In this document: in pieces, positions 52,223 to 61,974 of the stretch
How positions within the stretch are numbered: the first letter of the stretch is position 1
Layout: each line of letters begins with the position of its first letter
Source of the DNA: a virus
Lineage: Duplodnaviria > Caudoviricetes
IMG/VR virus record: IMGVR_UViG_3300028832_000095
Coordinates: 96,001-160,000 of that record
Length of the DNA: 64,000 nucleotides
Direction: 5' to 3' (one strand)
The notes under the pieces: generated by a model
The model's database searches: none
Told to the model about the DNA's origin: nothing
Seen by the model: only the letters and a program-made list of their open reading frames with translations
Program-made: the position numbers and the translations under genes

Positions 52223-53212
52223 ATGAATAGTCTAACTGCAAAAGTAATTAAAGATTATGATATTCCGATTCAAACTGTTTCAAATAAACATATGGAATAT
52301 GCATTAACTGAATTCAAAGAATTTGATAAGTATAAAGACGCATTCTTCTTCGCTAAAAAGTATACGGAGACAGAAGGATTAAATACAGAACAATTTGATG
52401 CTAAAACACATGAAGTATCCGATAGATGCATTCAATCAGTTATGAACCTTGATTCATATAAGTATTTTTGTATGAAGAATTTACCAGTTCTTGATAAAGA
52501 AACAACTCCATTTCCGCAGTATAGCAAAGGATTAGATATCTACAAAAATCAAAATAACGGAAAGAGATTCATTTCTATCGACCTCACTCATGCCAATATA
52601 CAATCACTTAAATTTTCAGATGCTTTGTTTGAACCTAAGTTTGCAGATCAGGTTGATAATTTTGCAGAATTCATAGAACACTTTGGAACTTGCACGAACT
52701 ATTATTTGAAACAGTATATTTCTAACAGCAAGAGAATGCGCCAAATCATATTCGGTAATCTGAATCCAAAACGCCAACAGCATATGGAAAGATACATGGT
52801 TGAATCTCTTATAAAAGAACTAATTGATTGGAAAGTGTTGAAACCGGAAGATTTTTACGGATATACAACAGATGAAATAATCTTAAATGAAACTCCAAAT
52901 ACAATAGTTCTTGCATACAATAAATTCGATTCTATTTATAATATTACGACTAGCGGAGAAATTGTAGATGAAAATAATGTTGGCAAAGAGATAACAGTTC
53001 ATATCGAGGATTTCAACTTGGAAAAACTAGAACCCTATGATTTTTGGGTGAAGAAAGACCACTATGGAAATATACTGTCAATTAAGAAAGTTCCTATCGT
53101 ATACTACTTACAGGTATTGAAACATCTAAATAATAAACCATTGATCGAGGAAGATATGATGTTCCTGTATGAGAAAGTTCCATGCAAGTTTATTGATCCC
53201 TTGTGGAAATAA
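52223..53212 (+). CDS. Hypothetical protein with polymerase-palm-like motifs
   Basis: FISIDLTHAN, SKRMRQIIFG, TTDEII. Confidence 0.4.
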   Translation: MNSLTAKVIKDYDIPIQTVSNKHMEYALTEFKEFDKYKDAFFFAKKYTETEGLNTEQFDAKTHEVSDRCIQSVMNLDSYKYFCMKNLPVLDKETTPFPQYSKGLDIYKNQNNGKRFISIDLTHANIQSLKFSDALFEPKFADQVDNFAEFIEHFGTCTNYYLKQYISNSKRMRQIIFGNLNPKRQQHMERYMVESLIKELIDWKVLKPEDFYGYTTDEIILNETPNTIVLAYNKFDSIYNITTSGEIVDENNVGKEITVHIEDFNLEKLEPYDFWVKKDHYGNILSIKKVPIVYYLQVLKHLNNKPLIEEDMMFLYEKVPCKFIDPLWK

Positions 53213-53239
53213 TTAAATAAAAAAATTTTTATAAACCTC

Positions 53240-53274
53240 TTGACATTTCCGGAAATATGTGTTATACTATATTT
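53240..53274 (+). promoter_or_regulatory. Sigma-A-type early promoter (repeat family)
   Basis: TTGACA-17-TATACT-ATATTT. Confidence 0.85.
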
Positions 53275-53695
53275 ACTAGGATATGTCAGGATGTTATTAT
53301 ATGTCACTTAGAGTTATTCAAGTTATCGTTATGGCTTTCGCATGTTTCTACAACTTCTTTCAGGCTGTGGAAGAAAAGAGTCATAAGAAAAGTGTTCAAT
53401 ACGCATTTGTTAGTGGATGTTGTTTTATGACTCTTGTTATCTATCTTGTCTTTATTGTGGGGAGGTATTTCTAATGAGGGCATATACAGTTAATTATAGA
53501 CTTCATCCATATGACGAACATGAGACACAAATTTCTTTTCTTGCAAAAAATAAGCAAGATGCTTATGATAAAGCTGTATTTGAGATCATCCCACAAATGG
53601 AAGGTGAATCTCCTTATCACGCTTATGTTTATTCTGTGACTTATCAGAATGGTAATTATAAGATTTTTAATTGGTAAGGTTATAAGAGGGACTGA

Positions 53696-54151
53696 ATGGG
53701 AATGAGAATGTGGCATTACAAGTTATTGGACGTTCTTCCTGAACTTCAATTTAGAGGACAGTTGAGGGAGTTAGTTGCAATCTGTTCTAATATTCAACAG
53801 TTTGCAACTCCCCGACACCTTCTTGTTAATATTCTTCAGCAATATCCACCTGAACATCTTGCAACATATATTGATTACTATATCAGTATATATGAAAAGT
53901 GGTACGGTAAGAAGCCTAATAGTTATGATAAACTTCGAGAGTTTATTTATGATTTCCTAAATGTAAAGCCGTATGAAACTGTTGACGGAATATATTCTGA
54001 GTGGCATAACAGAGAATATTTACGAGTGTGTATGGCAAACCTTTATGAGAAGTTTGCATACAGTGATGGAAAATCAAAGATCAGTGAAAGTGACTGGAAA
54101 CGTCTTACAGATCGTTATTTAGAACTTACCGGACATAACTATATTATTTAA
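53696..54151 (+). CDS. Pyrimidine-dimer DNA glycosylase (DenV/Pyr_excise-like)
   Basis: MRMWHYKLLDVLP...GQLREL...HLLVN; EHN/CxxNLxEK-like C-terminus. Confidence 0.65.
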   Translation: MGMRMWHYKLLDVLPELQFRGQLRELVAICSNIQQFATPRHLLVNILQQYPPEHLATYIDYYISIYEKWYGKKPNSYDKLREFIYDFLNVKPYETVDGIYSEWHNREYLRVCMANLYEKFAYSDGKSKISESDWKRLTDRYLELTGHNYII

Positions 54152-54167
54152 TTGGAGGTAAAATAAA

Positions 54168-54608
54168 ATGAGAAAGAATTGCAAGACATTTAAGGAATGG
54201 ATTGATTCTCAAGTAGCTGAATTTAATGCAGCTCACCACGGGGATGATCACGGGTATCATCTGTCTGCTAGTATTTGGTCTACTCCTCTTGGTGGATCTG
54301 TGAGATGTATGATCATAAATGATAGAAGAAACAAAACAGGATTTGCTTCTGTATCTGCAAAAGCATATAATGATCCTACTCAGATTGCAATCGGTCTGGC
54401 ATGGGCAGATTATAAGGGAGAGGAAATTCCTGATTTTAGCATTCCGCTGTATAAGTTGGGTAGAATGGATAAGTTTGAATACGGCGGCGAAACATATAAA
54501 TACCTTACAACAAATCCTTGTCTACCTGATAATATCATTGTATGTGATTATAAAGGATTTCCTTTTAATTTTAATCGGAATACAAAAGTTAGAATTAAGG
54601 AGGTGTAA
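54168..54608 (+). CDS. Hypothetical protein, AIAWA family member
   Basis: KTGFA...AIGLAWADYKGEEIP. Confidence 0.55.
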   Translation: MRKNCKTFKEWIDSQVAEFNAAHHGDDHGYHLSASIWSTPLGGSVRCMIINDRRNKTGFASVSAKAYNDPTQIAIGLAWADYKGEEIPDFSIPLYKLGRMDKFEYGGETYKYLTTNPCLPDNIIVCDYKGFPFNFNRNTKVRIKEV

Positions 54609-54612
54609 GGAT

Positions 54613-54966
54613 ATGACACTTACAGATTCTAAAGGAAGAGAATGTACTCCGGTTATGATTTCTACATCATTTGGAGCAGGATTTTCTACATGGCATTATG
54701 GATCCGCTACAGATGATCGACTTATTACATATTTATTTAATAATTATCAGCAGGAGCTTGGAACATATTGCTGTGAGTATTCCGAGCATGAGTTTGATTG
54801 CTACGAGTTTGAGCACAGACCTCTTTTTCCAAAAGGGATGAACGGTTTCATTGATGATGATATTACTGTTGTTCTTATTCCAAAAGGAACTGCTTATCGT
54901 ATCAATGAGTATGACGGACAAGAGAGTATTGAAATTTATTGTCCGGGAGGATACTCTATTGCATAA
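54613..54966 (+). CDS. Hypothetical phage protein
   Basis: SFGAGFSTW...YRINEYDGQES; RBS before ATG 54613. Confidence 0.6.
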   Translation: MTLTDSKGRECTPVMISTSFGAGFSTWHYGSATDDRLITYLFNNYQQELGTYCCEYSEHEFDCYEFEHRPLFPKGMNGFIDDDITVVLIPKGTAYRINEYDGQESIEIYCPGGYSIA

Positions 54967-55514
54967 GATGTGTATAGTATGAACGAATTGGGTAACTTTA
55001 TAATTGAGGTAAGATGTGATGGATAATCCATGTTATGATAAGATTACAAAAACATCGTGCTCAAGGCGGTGTGCTGGTTGTTCTATAGACTGTCCGGATT
55101 GGAAGCTATATGAATCAGAACGAAACGAGAAATATTATCAGAAGAAAACTGAATACAGTCATGTTGCAAATAGCTATGAGATACAAAGAACTCAAAGAAT
55201 TAAGAAAAAGATGAAAAGACATGATTGGAATAGGTATTAAGCTGGAGGAGTTATTATGTCTAAAGAATTTGAGTTGAACTCAATTACCAATGAAGATATT
55301 TCTTCAATCATTCAGTTATGTGCAAGACAAATCGGTATCTTGCAAACTCAGGTTAATGAGCTGCAAACTATTATCGTTGAATTGGAAAATAGAGTTGTTT
55401 CTAATGAGAAACTTCTTGAAAATGTATGTACTCAGTATAATAATCATATATGCGGTCAGGAATCTTTTTTAGTTGACATTGATGCTGATTATTAAATTAA
55501 AGGAGTGTTGAAAA

Positions 55515-56288
55515 ATGGCAATGTTTGATTATGGATATATTTTACTTCGTGATGGAAAACTTATTGATTGTACTGATAATCATATGTTTATGGAAGTATC
55601 TGATGTAGAAATTCCTCCGGTAGAAGAAGCATATGATTATTATAATAAACAACATAGCATTAGAGGAAACTATTTCGCATATGTTGGTGACGAAAATCTT
55701 ATGCTATGTTTCTATAAGACACACATCAAACTTGTTCGCGGTGATAGAGTATTAGGAACTATTTACTGCGGTCATTATAGTGAAAAATATCCAGATGATA
55801 AGAATGTGTATTACTCCACAATGCCCATTGAAACTCTTTATAATCCATTTAACTGTGGTATTGATATTAAGATTGATCTTCTTGATAGGAACTACTATCT
55901 TATGGATTGTGGCACAGTACGGGATGATGGTTTAACTTTTTGGGAATATTATAAGAAGTGTATTGGTTGGGAAAACGAAAGAACAAGTGCTTATACTGAA
56001 AGAGAGCATAAGAAATTCCTTAAAAATATGAGAGCAAGAAAAGTTCTTGAAAAAATCTACAAAGGTAGAGATTTGTGGGAACTTCCAGATGCTTATGTAA
56101 ATAATGATCAAAGTCATAAATTTGATGTAACATTTACTTTGAACGGATTTGAATATGAAATTATTTTTGGATATGGAATTAAAGGATTCAAAGAACACTA
56201 TCCTATAAGTTATACGGCGCAGGAAGTATGGAGCTTAATGTGTGCTGATCCAAATGCAACTATCCCTAAATATCCGAACTGGTGGTGA
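55515..56288 (+). CDS. Hypothetical phage protein
   Basis: MAMFDYG...GNYFAYVGD...FGYGI; AAGGAG RBS. Confidence 0.6.
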   Translation: MAMFDYGYILLRDGKLIDCTDNHMFMEVSDVEIPPVEEAYDYYNKQHSIRGNYFAYVGDENLMLCFYKTHIKLVRGDRVLGTIYCGHYSEKYPDDKNVYYSTMPIETLYNPFNCGIDIKIDLLDRNYYLMDCGTVRDDGLTFWEYYKKCIGWENERTSAYTEREHKKFLKNMRARKVLEKIYKGRDLWELPDAYVNNDQSHKFDVTFTLNGFEYEIIFGYGIKGFKEHYPISYTAQEVWSLMCADPNATIPKYPNWW

Positions 56289-56293
56289 TAATA

Positions 56294-56806
56294 ATGTCTA
56301 ATGTATGGTTTATTTCAGATACCCATTTTGGACATGAGAATATAATTAAATATTGTGACAGACCATTTAAGGATGTACCCCAAATGGATCAATACCTGAT
56401 CAAACAGTGGAACTCTGTTGTAAAGAAAAATGATACAGTTTATCATCTAGGAGATTTTTCATTAGGACATCCAAAGGAAGTTGTGAAAATGATTGTAGAG
56501 GAATTGAACGGCAATATCAAACTTGTAAAAGGTAATCATGATACATGGAGCAATGAAGTCTATCGTGAACTTGGATTTAAGGAAGTATATGATAAACCAA
56601 TCCTTATAAATGAATTTTTACTTCTTTCACATGAACCAGTACCATTTAGGATCAGTTCAATGTTTGTAAATATATATGGTCATGTTCATAATAGTAATCT
56701 GTTTGATACATATAAAGATGGATTCTTTTGTGTTTGTGTTGAAAGACATAACTATACTCCGATTAGTCTTAAAGATATTGGAAGAATCGTGGTGAGTGGA
56801 ACATGA
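56294..56806 (+). CDS. Calcineurin-like metallophosphoesterase
   Basis: SDTHFGH, HLGDF, GNHD, SHEP, GHVH. Confidence 0.92.
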   Translation: MSNVWFISDTHFGHENIIKYCDRPFKDVPQMDQYLIKQWNSVVKKNDTVYHLGDFSLGHPKEVVKMIVEELNGNIKLVKGNHDTWSNEVYRELGFKEVYDKPILINEFLLLSHEPVPFRISSMFVNIYGHVHNSNLFDTYKDGFFCVCVERHNYTPISLKDIGRIVVSGT

Positions 56807-57379
56807 GGAATTTGACAACAAAAGAAAAGCAAGATTGCTTTGATAAGTATAAAGATATACAAAATAAAGTACAAGTACATGACTTCCAGTCTGCAATAGA
56901 AGCGTGTAAGCAAAAAGTATGTCAGGCTGTTCGCAAAAAACATAGAGATGATAAACGCAGATGCCGGAAATATGGAAATGGTAAGTTATCAGACTATAAC
57001 TATCGGGGAAAGATTCTTAGGGGGAGATACATCCTCCATGCGCAGAGAATACAAAAAGATTTGTAGCAATCATGAAAAATAAATATGGATCTGTTGAAAA
57101 CTATCACATTCAGAGAAAGGTTTATAAGGTGTTGAAAAATGGATAAAGAACTGATTTTGTCAGCTACAAAACAACCTAAGAATGATAAAACATATATTTG
57201 TCCTATTTGTGGAAAATCATTTTATGTTTCGGATAGGAATTATATTTATAAGAAGAAAAACAAGGAAGGTTTTACAAGATGGACTTGTAGCTATTCATGC
57301 AATAATAGATTAGGTGAAATTATTGAGGAATCCAAACATAATTACTATTGGTTAAAATAAAAAAATTTTTGAAAACCTA

Positions 57380-57414
57380 TTGACAAAACGATAAAAATAT
57401 GTTATACTATATAT
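57380..57414 (+). promoter_or_regulatory. Sigma-A-type early promoter (repeat family)
   Basis: TTGACA-17-TATACT. Confidence 0.85.
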
Positions 57415-57828
57415 GTAAGTTGAAGGACTTACGAAACAAAAATAATATAAAGTGAGGTACTTATTATGAAGATGTTTGATGCAGGAAGATCCAGTATTTA
57501 CAGTATTCTCGAAAAGAATGGATTCACATACTATAAGGGATATGAGAGTGTGTGGATCGCAAAGACACCTATCGGTTATATCACTGTTGACGGTGATGAT
57601 ACAACAGAACTTTGGACAAAGAAGGATGGAGTTTTTGTGACGGATGAGATGTTTGTCGAAGCCGTTACCGGTTCGGACATTCAGATGTATGAAAATGTGA
57701 GAGATATGTTCGTCATCGAAAATGTTGGAATCCTTTATGCACTTGGTATTGCAGAGGACTGACAATTAAACAGGAACAATTAACCATAGGATTCAAACTC
57801 CTCTGGTTAATTGTTTAGGAGTGATTGT

Positions 57829-58920
57829 ATGTTAAAAGTATCTAAGTTTATTCGTGACAACAATAATTGGGAAGAGTTGTTACGGTCTGATCCATACAAT
57901 GTATCAATTAAACATCAAAATAACCTCATTCTTCTTAATTATATTCAAGGAGCATCTACTGTTTGTGATATAACAAATGAGTGTAGAGGTCTTGTTCTTG
58001 ACATTGCAGATGAAAGAAATCCAAAAGTGGTTCGGTGTGGATTTTATAGATTCTTCAATCTTGGAGATCCTAATGCAGTTACTATTGGAAATCATATTAC
58101 AGCATATGAAAAAGTTGATGGATCACTTGTGTTCCTTTACTTTGTAAACGATAAATGGTGTTTTGGAACAAGAAATACATTTGATCTTGAAGTAGATGAA
58201 GTTACAGCCGGAAATACACCTAAACTTAGAAAAATGGCTAAACAGATTCGCAGTGTACTGAATCCAAACATTTTTGATTCCCTCAATAAGAACTTTACAT
58301 ACTGTTTTGAGTTTGTATCTCCTGATTTCCAAATTATTGTTCCTTATGAGAAACCGGATATGTATCTACTTATGATTAGGAATAATAATACATTGGAAGA
58401 GGTTGAAACTGCTATTTCTGTTGAATTCAAAAAGCCGAAAGTATATAGTCTTAATTCTATTTCTGAAATTGAAAAGTATGTATCTCAATTCTCGGCAACT
58501 GAGTTTGAGGGCATTGTTGTCAAAGACGAAAACAATAATCGTATTAAGATCAAAAACCTTAATTGGCTTCAACTTCACTATCTGTATAATAACGGTCAGT
58601 TTTCAGATAGATACTTTATTCATTTGTATATGAATGATGACTATCAGGAGCTTTTAAGTTATTTCACAAACCTGAAAGAACGGTTTAACAAGGTTGTGAA
58701 TAGATATAACACGATTAAAGAAGCTGCCAGATTGATGGATAATATTCCTGTTAATACTATTATGACTAAAAAACAATTCTTTGAACTTGTAGATAGAACA
58801 GTTAAAGACAAAGGTTTTCAAATGCTTGCTTTGAAGTCCTATAATAATTGTGCATATAACTGGTTTTGTATGTTAGATGAACATTGGTATTCACATTATT
58901 TTGTAGGAGAAGAAAGATGA
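57829..58920 (+). CDS. RNA ligase, T4 Rnl1 family
   Basis: ECRGL, RFFN, EKVDGS, FEFVSP, EGIVV, RIKIK. Confidence 0.9.
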   Translation: MLKVSKFIRDNNNWEELLRSDPYNVSIKHQNNLILLNYIQGASTVCDITNECRGLVLDIADERNPKVVRCGFYRFFNLGDPNAVTIGNHITAYEKVDGSLVFLYFVNDKWCFGTRNTFDLEVDEVTAGNTPKLRKMAKQIRSVLNPNIFDSLNKNFTYCFEFVSPDFQIIVPYEKPDMYLLMIRNNNTLEEVETAISVEFKKPKVYSLNSISEIEKYVSQFSATEFEGIVVKDENNNRIKIKNLNWLQLHYLYNNGQFSDRYFIHLYMNDDYQELLSYFTNLKERFNKVVNRYNTIKEAARLMDNIPVNTIMTKKQFFELVDRTVKDKGFQMLALKSYNNCAYNWFCMLDEHWYSHYFVGEER

Positions 58921-59840
58921 TTACTTTATTTATGACAATTGGACTTCCCGGTTCTGGAAAATCTCATTGGGCATCTGAACAGGATGCAAAAGTTGTATCT
59001 TCGGATGCTATCAGGGAAGAACTGTTTGGAGATGTAAATGATCAGAATTATAATAATGAAGTATTCAACGAAGTACATAACCGTATTCAGAACTACCTTA
59101 AACAGCGGTTTAATGTAGTTTATGATGCAACCAATCTCAGCAGTAAGAGAAGAAAAGGATTTCTTAATACTGTTCCTGAATTTGTAAGAAAGGTTGCTGT
59201 TGTATTCTGTACTGATTATAGTATTTGTCTTAAAAGAAATGCAGAAAGAGAAAGACACGTTCCGGAAGAAGTTATTGAACGTATGTATAAAAGAATCACT
59301 CTTCCTACACATTTAGAAGGATTCGATCAGATTGAATATATTTTCTGTCCGGAAAATGATAAAACAGAACTTGACTATTATCTTGAAACAGTTGGTTATA
59401 ATCAGGATAATCCTCATCACAGTCTTACTCTTGACAAGCATCTTGAAAAAGCATATAATCTTGCTCATGAAAAAGGATCTGACCTTAATGATTATGATAA
59501 AGAAATTCTTTGTAGGGCTGCTTTGATGCATGATGTTGGAAAGCCTGTTTGTAAAACATATGAACTTTTCTCCGGAAAAGTAGATGATCATGCACACTAT
59601 TATAATCATGCTAATGTAGGAGCATATAAGATTCTTTGTTCAAGACCTATTATTTTTGGGTTAGATAAAATTCATAATAGAATGGAAAGACAGAAATTAG
59701 TCGCTATTGCTACACTTATTCAGTTACATATGAACTTCTTTGACAGCAACTTCTCACTTAATGAATATAGAAAATACTACGAAAATAACCTCATTACACT
59801 CCTTGAAATTTTACATGAGTGTGATGTAGAAGCGCATTAA
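58917..59840 (+). CDS. Polynucleotide 5'-kinase (P-loop) fused to HD phosphohydrolase
   Basis: GLPGSGKS, SSDAIR, YDATN, RNAER; H...HDVGK...H...LHM...D; ATGA-coupled to RNA ligase. Confidence 0.9.
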   Translation: MITLFMTIGLPGSGKSHWASEQDAKVVSSDAIREELFGDVNDQNYNNEVFNEVHNRIQNYLKQRFNVVYDATNLSSKRRKGFLNTVPEFVRKVAVVFCTDYSICLKRNAERERHVPEEVIERMYKRITLPTHLEGFDQIEYIFCPENDKTELDYYLETVGYNQDNPHHSLTLDKHLEKAYNLAHEKGSDLNDYDKEILCRAALMHDVGKPVCKTYELFSGKVDDHAHYYNHANVGAYKILCSRPIIFGLDKIHNRMERQKLVAIATLIQLHMNFFDSNFSLNEYRKYYENNLITLLEILHECDVEAH

Positions 59841-59860
59841 AAAAAGGAACTGATGACTTA

Positions 59861-60616
59861 ATGAAGAAAAAAATATTTATTCTTATTATGCAAATAACAA
59901 TTATTATATTGTTATTTGCTGTAACCGAAAAGAAAAACACTATCAAGAATGATTCAACAGCATCAATTGAAACAGTATTTATTGATACCTGTATATACGA
60001 AACTACGGCTTGGGTTTCTACCATATCAACTTATCCGGAAACAACTACCACAACTATACAGGAGACAAGCACAACCTCTGTTCCTGAAACCAATACAACG
60101 ATAACAAATACAGAAGGATCAACTAAAAAGACAACAAATACGACCACAAAAAGATATACTACTACTTCAAAAACTACCACAAAAATAACTACAACAAAAA
60201 CAACCACATCAACTACAAAAACAACTACTACCACAACACAGAAAAAAGAATCTAATAATATGGAGCTAGTTGGAACATTCAAACTAACATACTATATTCC
60301 TACATCAAAACAGAATCCAAATACTCTTGTTGGTGGATCAGGTAGGAAACTAATTGATTGTTCTATGGGTGATGGAACAGTAAAAGGATCTGTTGCTTGT
60401 CGCGCTGTGTACGAAAAATATGGATATAAATATAACGGAAAAAGAACTATGATATATTTGGATGTACCGAATTTCAAATATTTAACCGGATATTATTATG
60501 TAGACGATTGCTGTGGTGGAAAAGCAACTGTTGATATTTACTATAATTCTAAGAATAATTGTCCATTTAAGAATATCGGCGTTATTCGTGGGGCTAAGTG
60601 TTATATTGTTAAATAA
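59861..60616 (+). CDS. Secreted/anchored Thr-rich protein with 3D-like C-terminal domain
   Basis: N-terminal hydrophobic helix, long Thr/Lys linker, LTYY...SVA...YYVDDCCGG...VDIY. Confidence 0.55.
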   Translation: MKKKIFILIMQITIIILLFAVTEKKNTIKNDSTASIETVFIDTCIYETTAWVSTISTYPETTTTTIQETSTTSVPETNTTITNTEGSTKKTTNTTTKRYTTTSKTTTKITTTKTTTSTTKTTTTTTQKKESNNMELVGTFKLTYYIPTSKQNPNTLVGGSGRKLIDCSMGDGTVKGSVACRAVYEKYGYKYNGKRTMIYLDVPNFKYLTGYYYVDDCCGGKATVDIYYNSKNNCPFKNIGVIRGAKCYIVK

Positions 60617-60635
60617 AAAACATATTCCAAAATAC

Positions 60636-60670
60636 TTGACATTTTGGAATAGTTGTGTTATACTATATTT
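60636..60670 (+). promoter_or_regulatory. Sigma-A-type early promoter (repeat family)
   Basis: TTGACA-17-TATACT-ATATTT. Confidence 0.85.
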
Positions 60671-60699
60671 ATAAGTTATTCTGGAAAGGACTATCATAT

Positions 60700-61323
60700 A
60701 TGATTCTAATTCTATGCGGTAAATCCGCAAGTGGTAAAGATACAATCCTAAATGATTTTATTCAAGATGGGTTTGTTCATAAGATTGTATCCTACACAAC
60801 AAGACCTAAAAGAGATGGCGAAGTAAACGGAATTGATTATAATTTTGTTACAGAACGTCAGTTCATTGACATGATGAATGAAGGATTGTTCTTCCAAACA
60901 AGACAATATAATACAAATGTTAATGGACATCTTGATACTTGGTATTATGGATCGAAAAAGGTAGAAATTGATAAAAATATTCATTTTGGTTGTATTGTTG
61001 ATATGGGTGGAGTTAGAGATTATGTGAATACATACGGTAAAGAAAATGTGTTTGTTGTTTATGTTGATGCTCCGGATGAAATACGAAAACAGAGATGTAT
61101 CAAGCGTGGATCTTTTGATGAAACTGAATGGAACAGACGATTAGAGGATGACACAATTAAATTTGATATCAACAATCCAGAAGTATATAATCTAATCAAT
61201 AGGGTTGTTGAAAACACCGGAGATATCCGTGATGCTAAATTTGAAATCTCTTATGATTTTTATAACTACATCATGGATAGATATAAAAATGAAAATCATA
61301 CACGTTTTGGAGGAAACAAATGA
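60700..61323 (+). CDS. gmk: Guanylate kinase
   Basis: GKSASGKDT P-loop, SYTTRPKRDGEVNGIDYNFV, WYYG. Confidence 0.9.
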   Translation: MILILCGKSASGKDTILNDFIQDGFVHKIVSYTTRPKRDGEVNGIDYNFVTERQFIDMMNEGLFFQTRQYNTNVNGHLDTWYYGSKKVEIDKNIHFGCIVDMGGVRDYVNTYGKENVFVVYVDAPDEIRKQRCIKRGSFDETEWNRRLEDDTIKFDINNPEVYNLINRVVENTGDIRDAKFEISYDFYNYIMDRYKNENHTRFGGNK

Positions 61324-61974
61324 AAGTATCAACTAAAAAGAAGATGGGTGAACTCAAAGAATACCTTGAAGAACTTGGTCTGTTTATCTGGCAACTTAAT
61401 CAGAAGGATGATGAGGAACTGAAAGAACTTGCTAAAAAGATGCAACTCTGCTATACTGTATGTATGAAGCAGATCAAACAAATCACCAAGGAGGAATTTG
61501 AATAATGTATCTGGTATCAAAACGACATAAGTTGTTTAATGATCCACCTGAAAATCTTAAAGTATTTCAAACAGAATCCGCAGCATTATCATTTATAAAT
61601 AGCCTTGTATCAGATAGCGATTATGTGTACTGTATGACAGAAATTCGCAGTGGTAATGATTATCATATGCACTATGGATATCGGTATAGAGTATATGTTA
61701 CATGGCATATGATATATTTCTGTGTTGAAAGAGTTGAAGTTCTTGACAGATGTGAGATTAAAAATGATTGTTTATATCTTACAAATGTAAAGAAAGATGA
61801 TTATGAATTCTGTTTTGAGATTGAAACAATGTATGAACTTCATACAGATGAATGGATTGAAAGTCATGGATATTGTAGCAGTACAATTTCAGACGATATA
61901 CTCAGACAGAATAAACTTCCGAGGTTGATTGAAAAGTTATATTCAATTAAATAATTACTTTATGGTGATTAAAT

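Noticed and set aside
60030-60245. ACA/ACT-rich low-complexity tract
   Set aside because: Explained by the Thr-rich protein linker, not a DNA repeat element.
1279-60670. Repeated intergenic elements as a CRISPR array or integron attC-like cassette array
   Set aside because: Spacing is kilobases and irregular, repeats resolve into promoter and terminator elements, and no cas or integrase gene is in the window.
1376-60700. ORF-track starts reading MLYYI.../MLYYM... (1376, 2548, 31185, 60655) as an apparent protein motif family
   Set aside because: Artefact of the promoter core (A/G)TGTTATACTATAT being translated; real starts lie downstream behind RBSs.
1379-61520. Numerous short minus-strand and nested alternative-frame ORFs
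   Set aside because: They overlap well-supported + strand genes, lack RBSs, and are hydrophobic shadows expected in AT-rich DNA.
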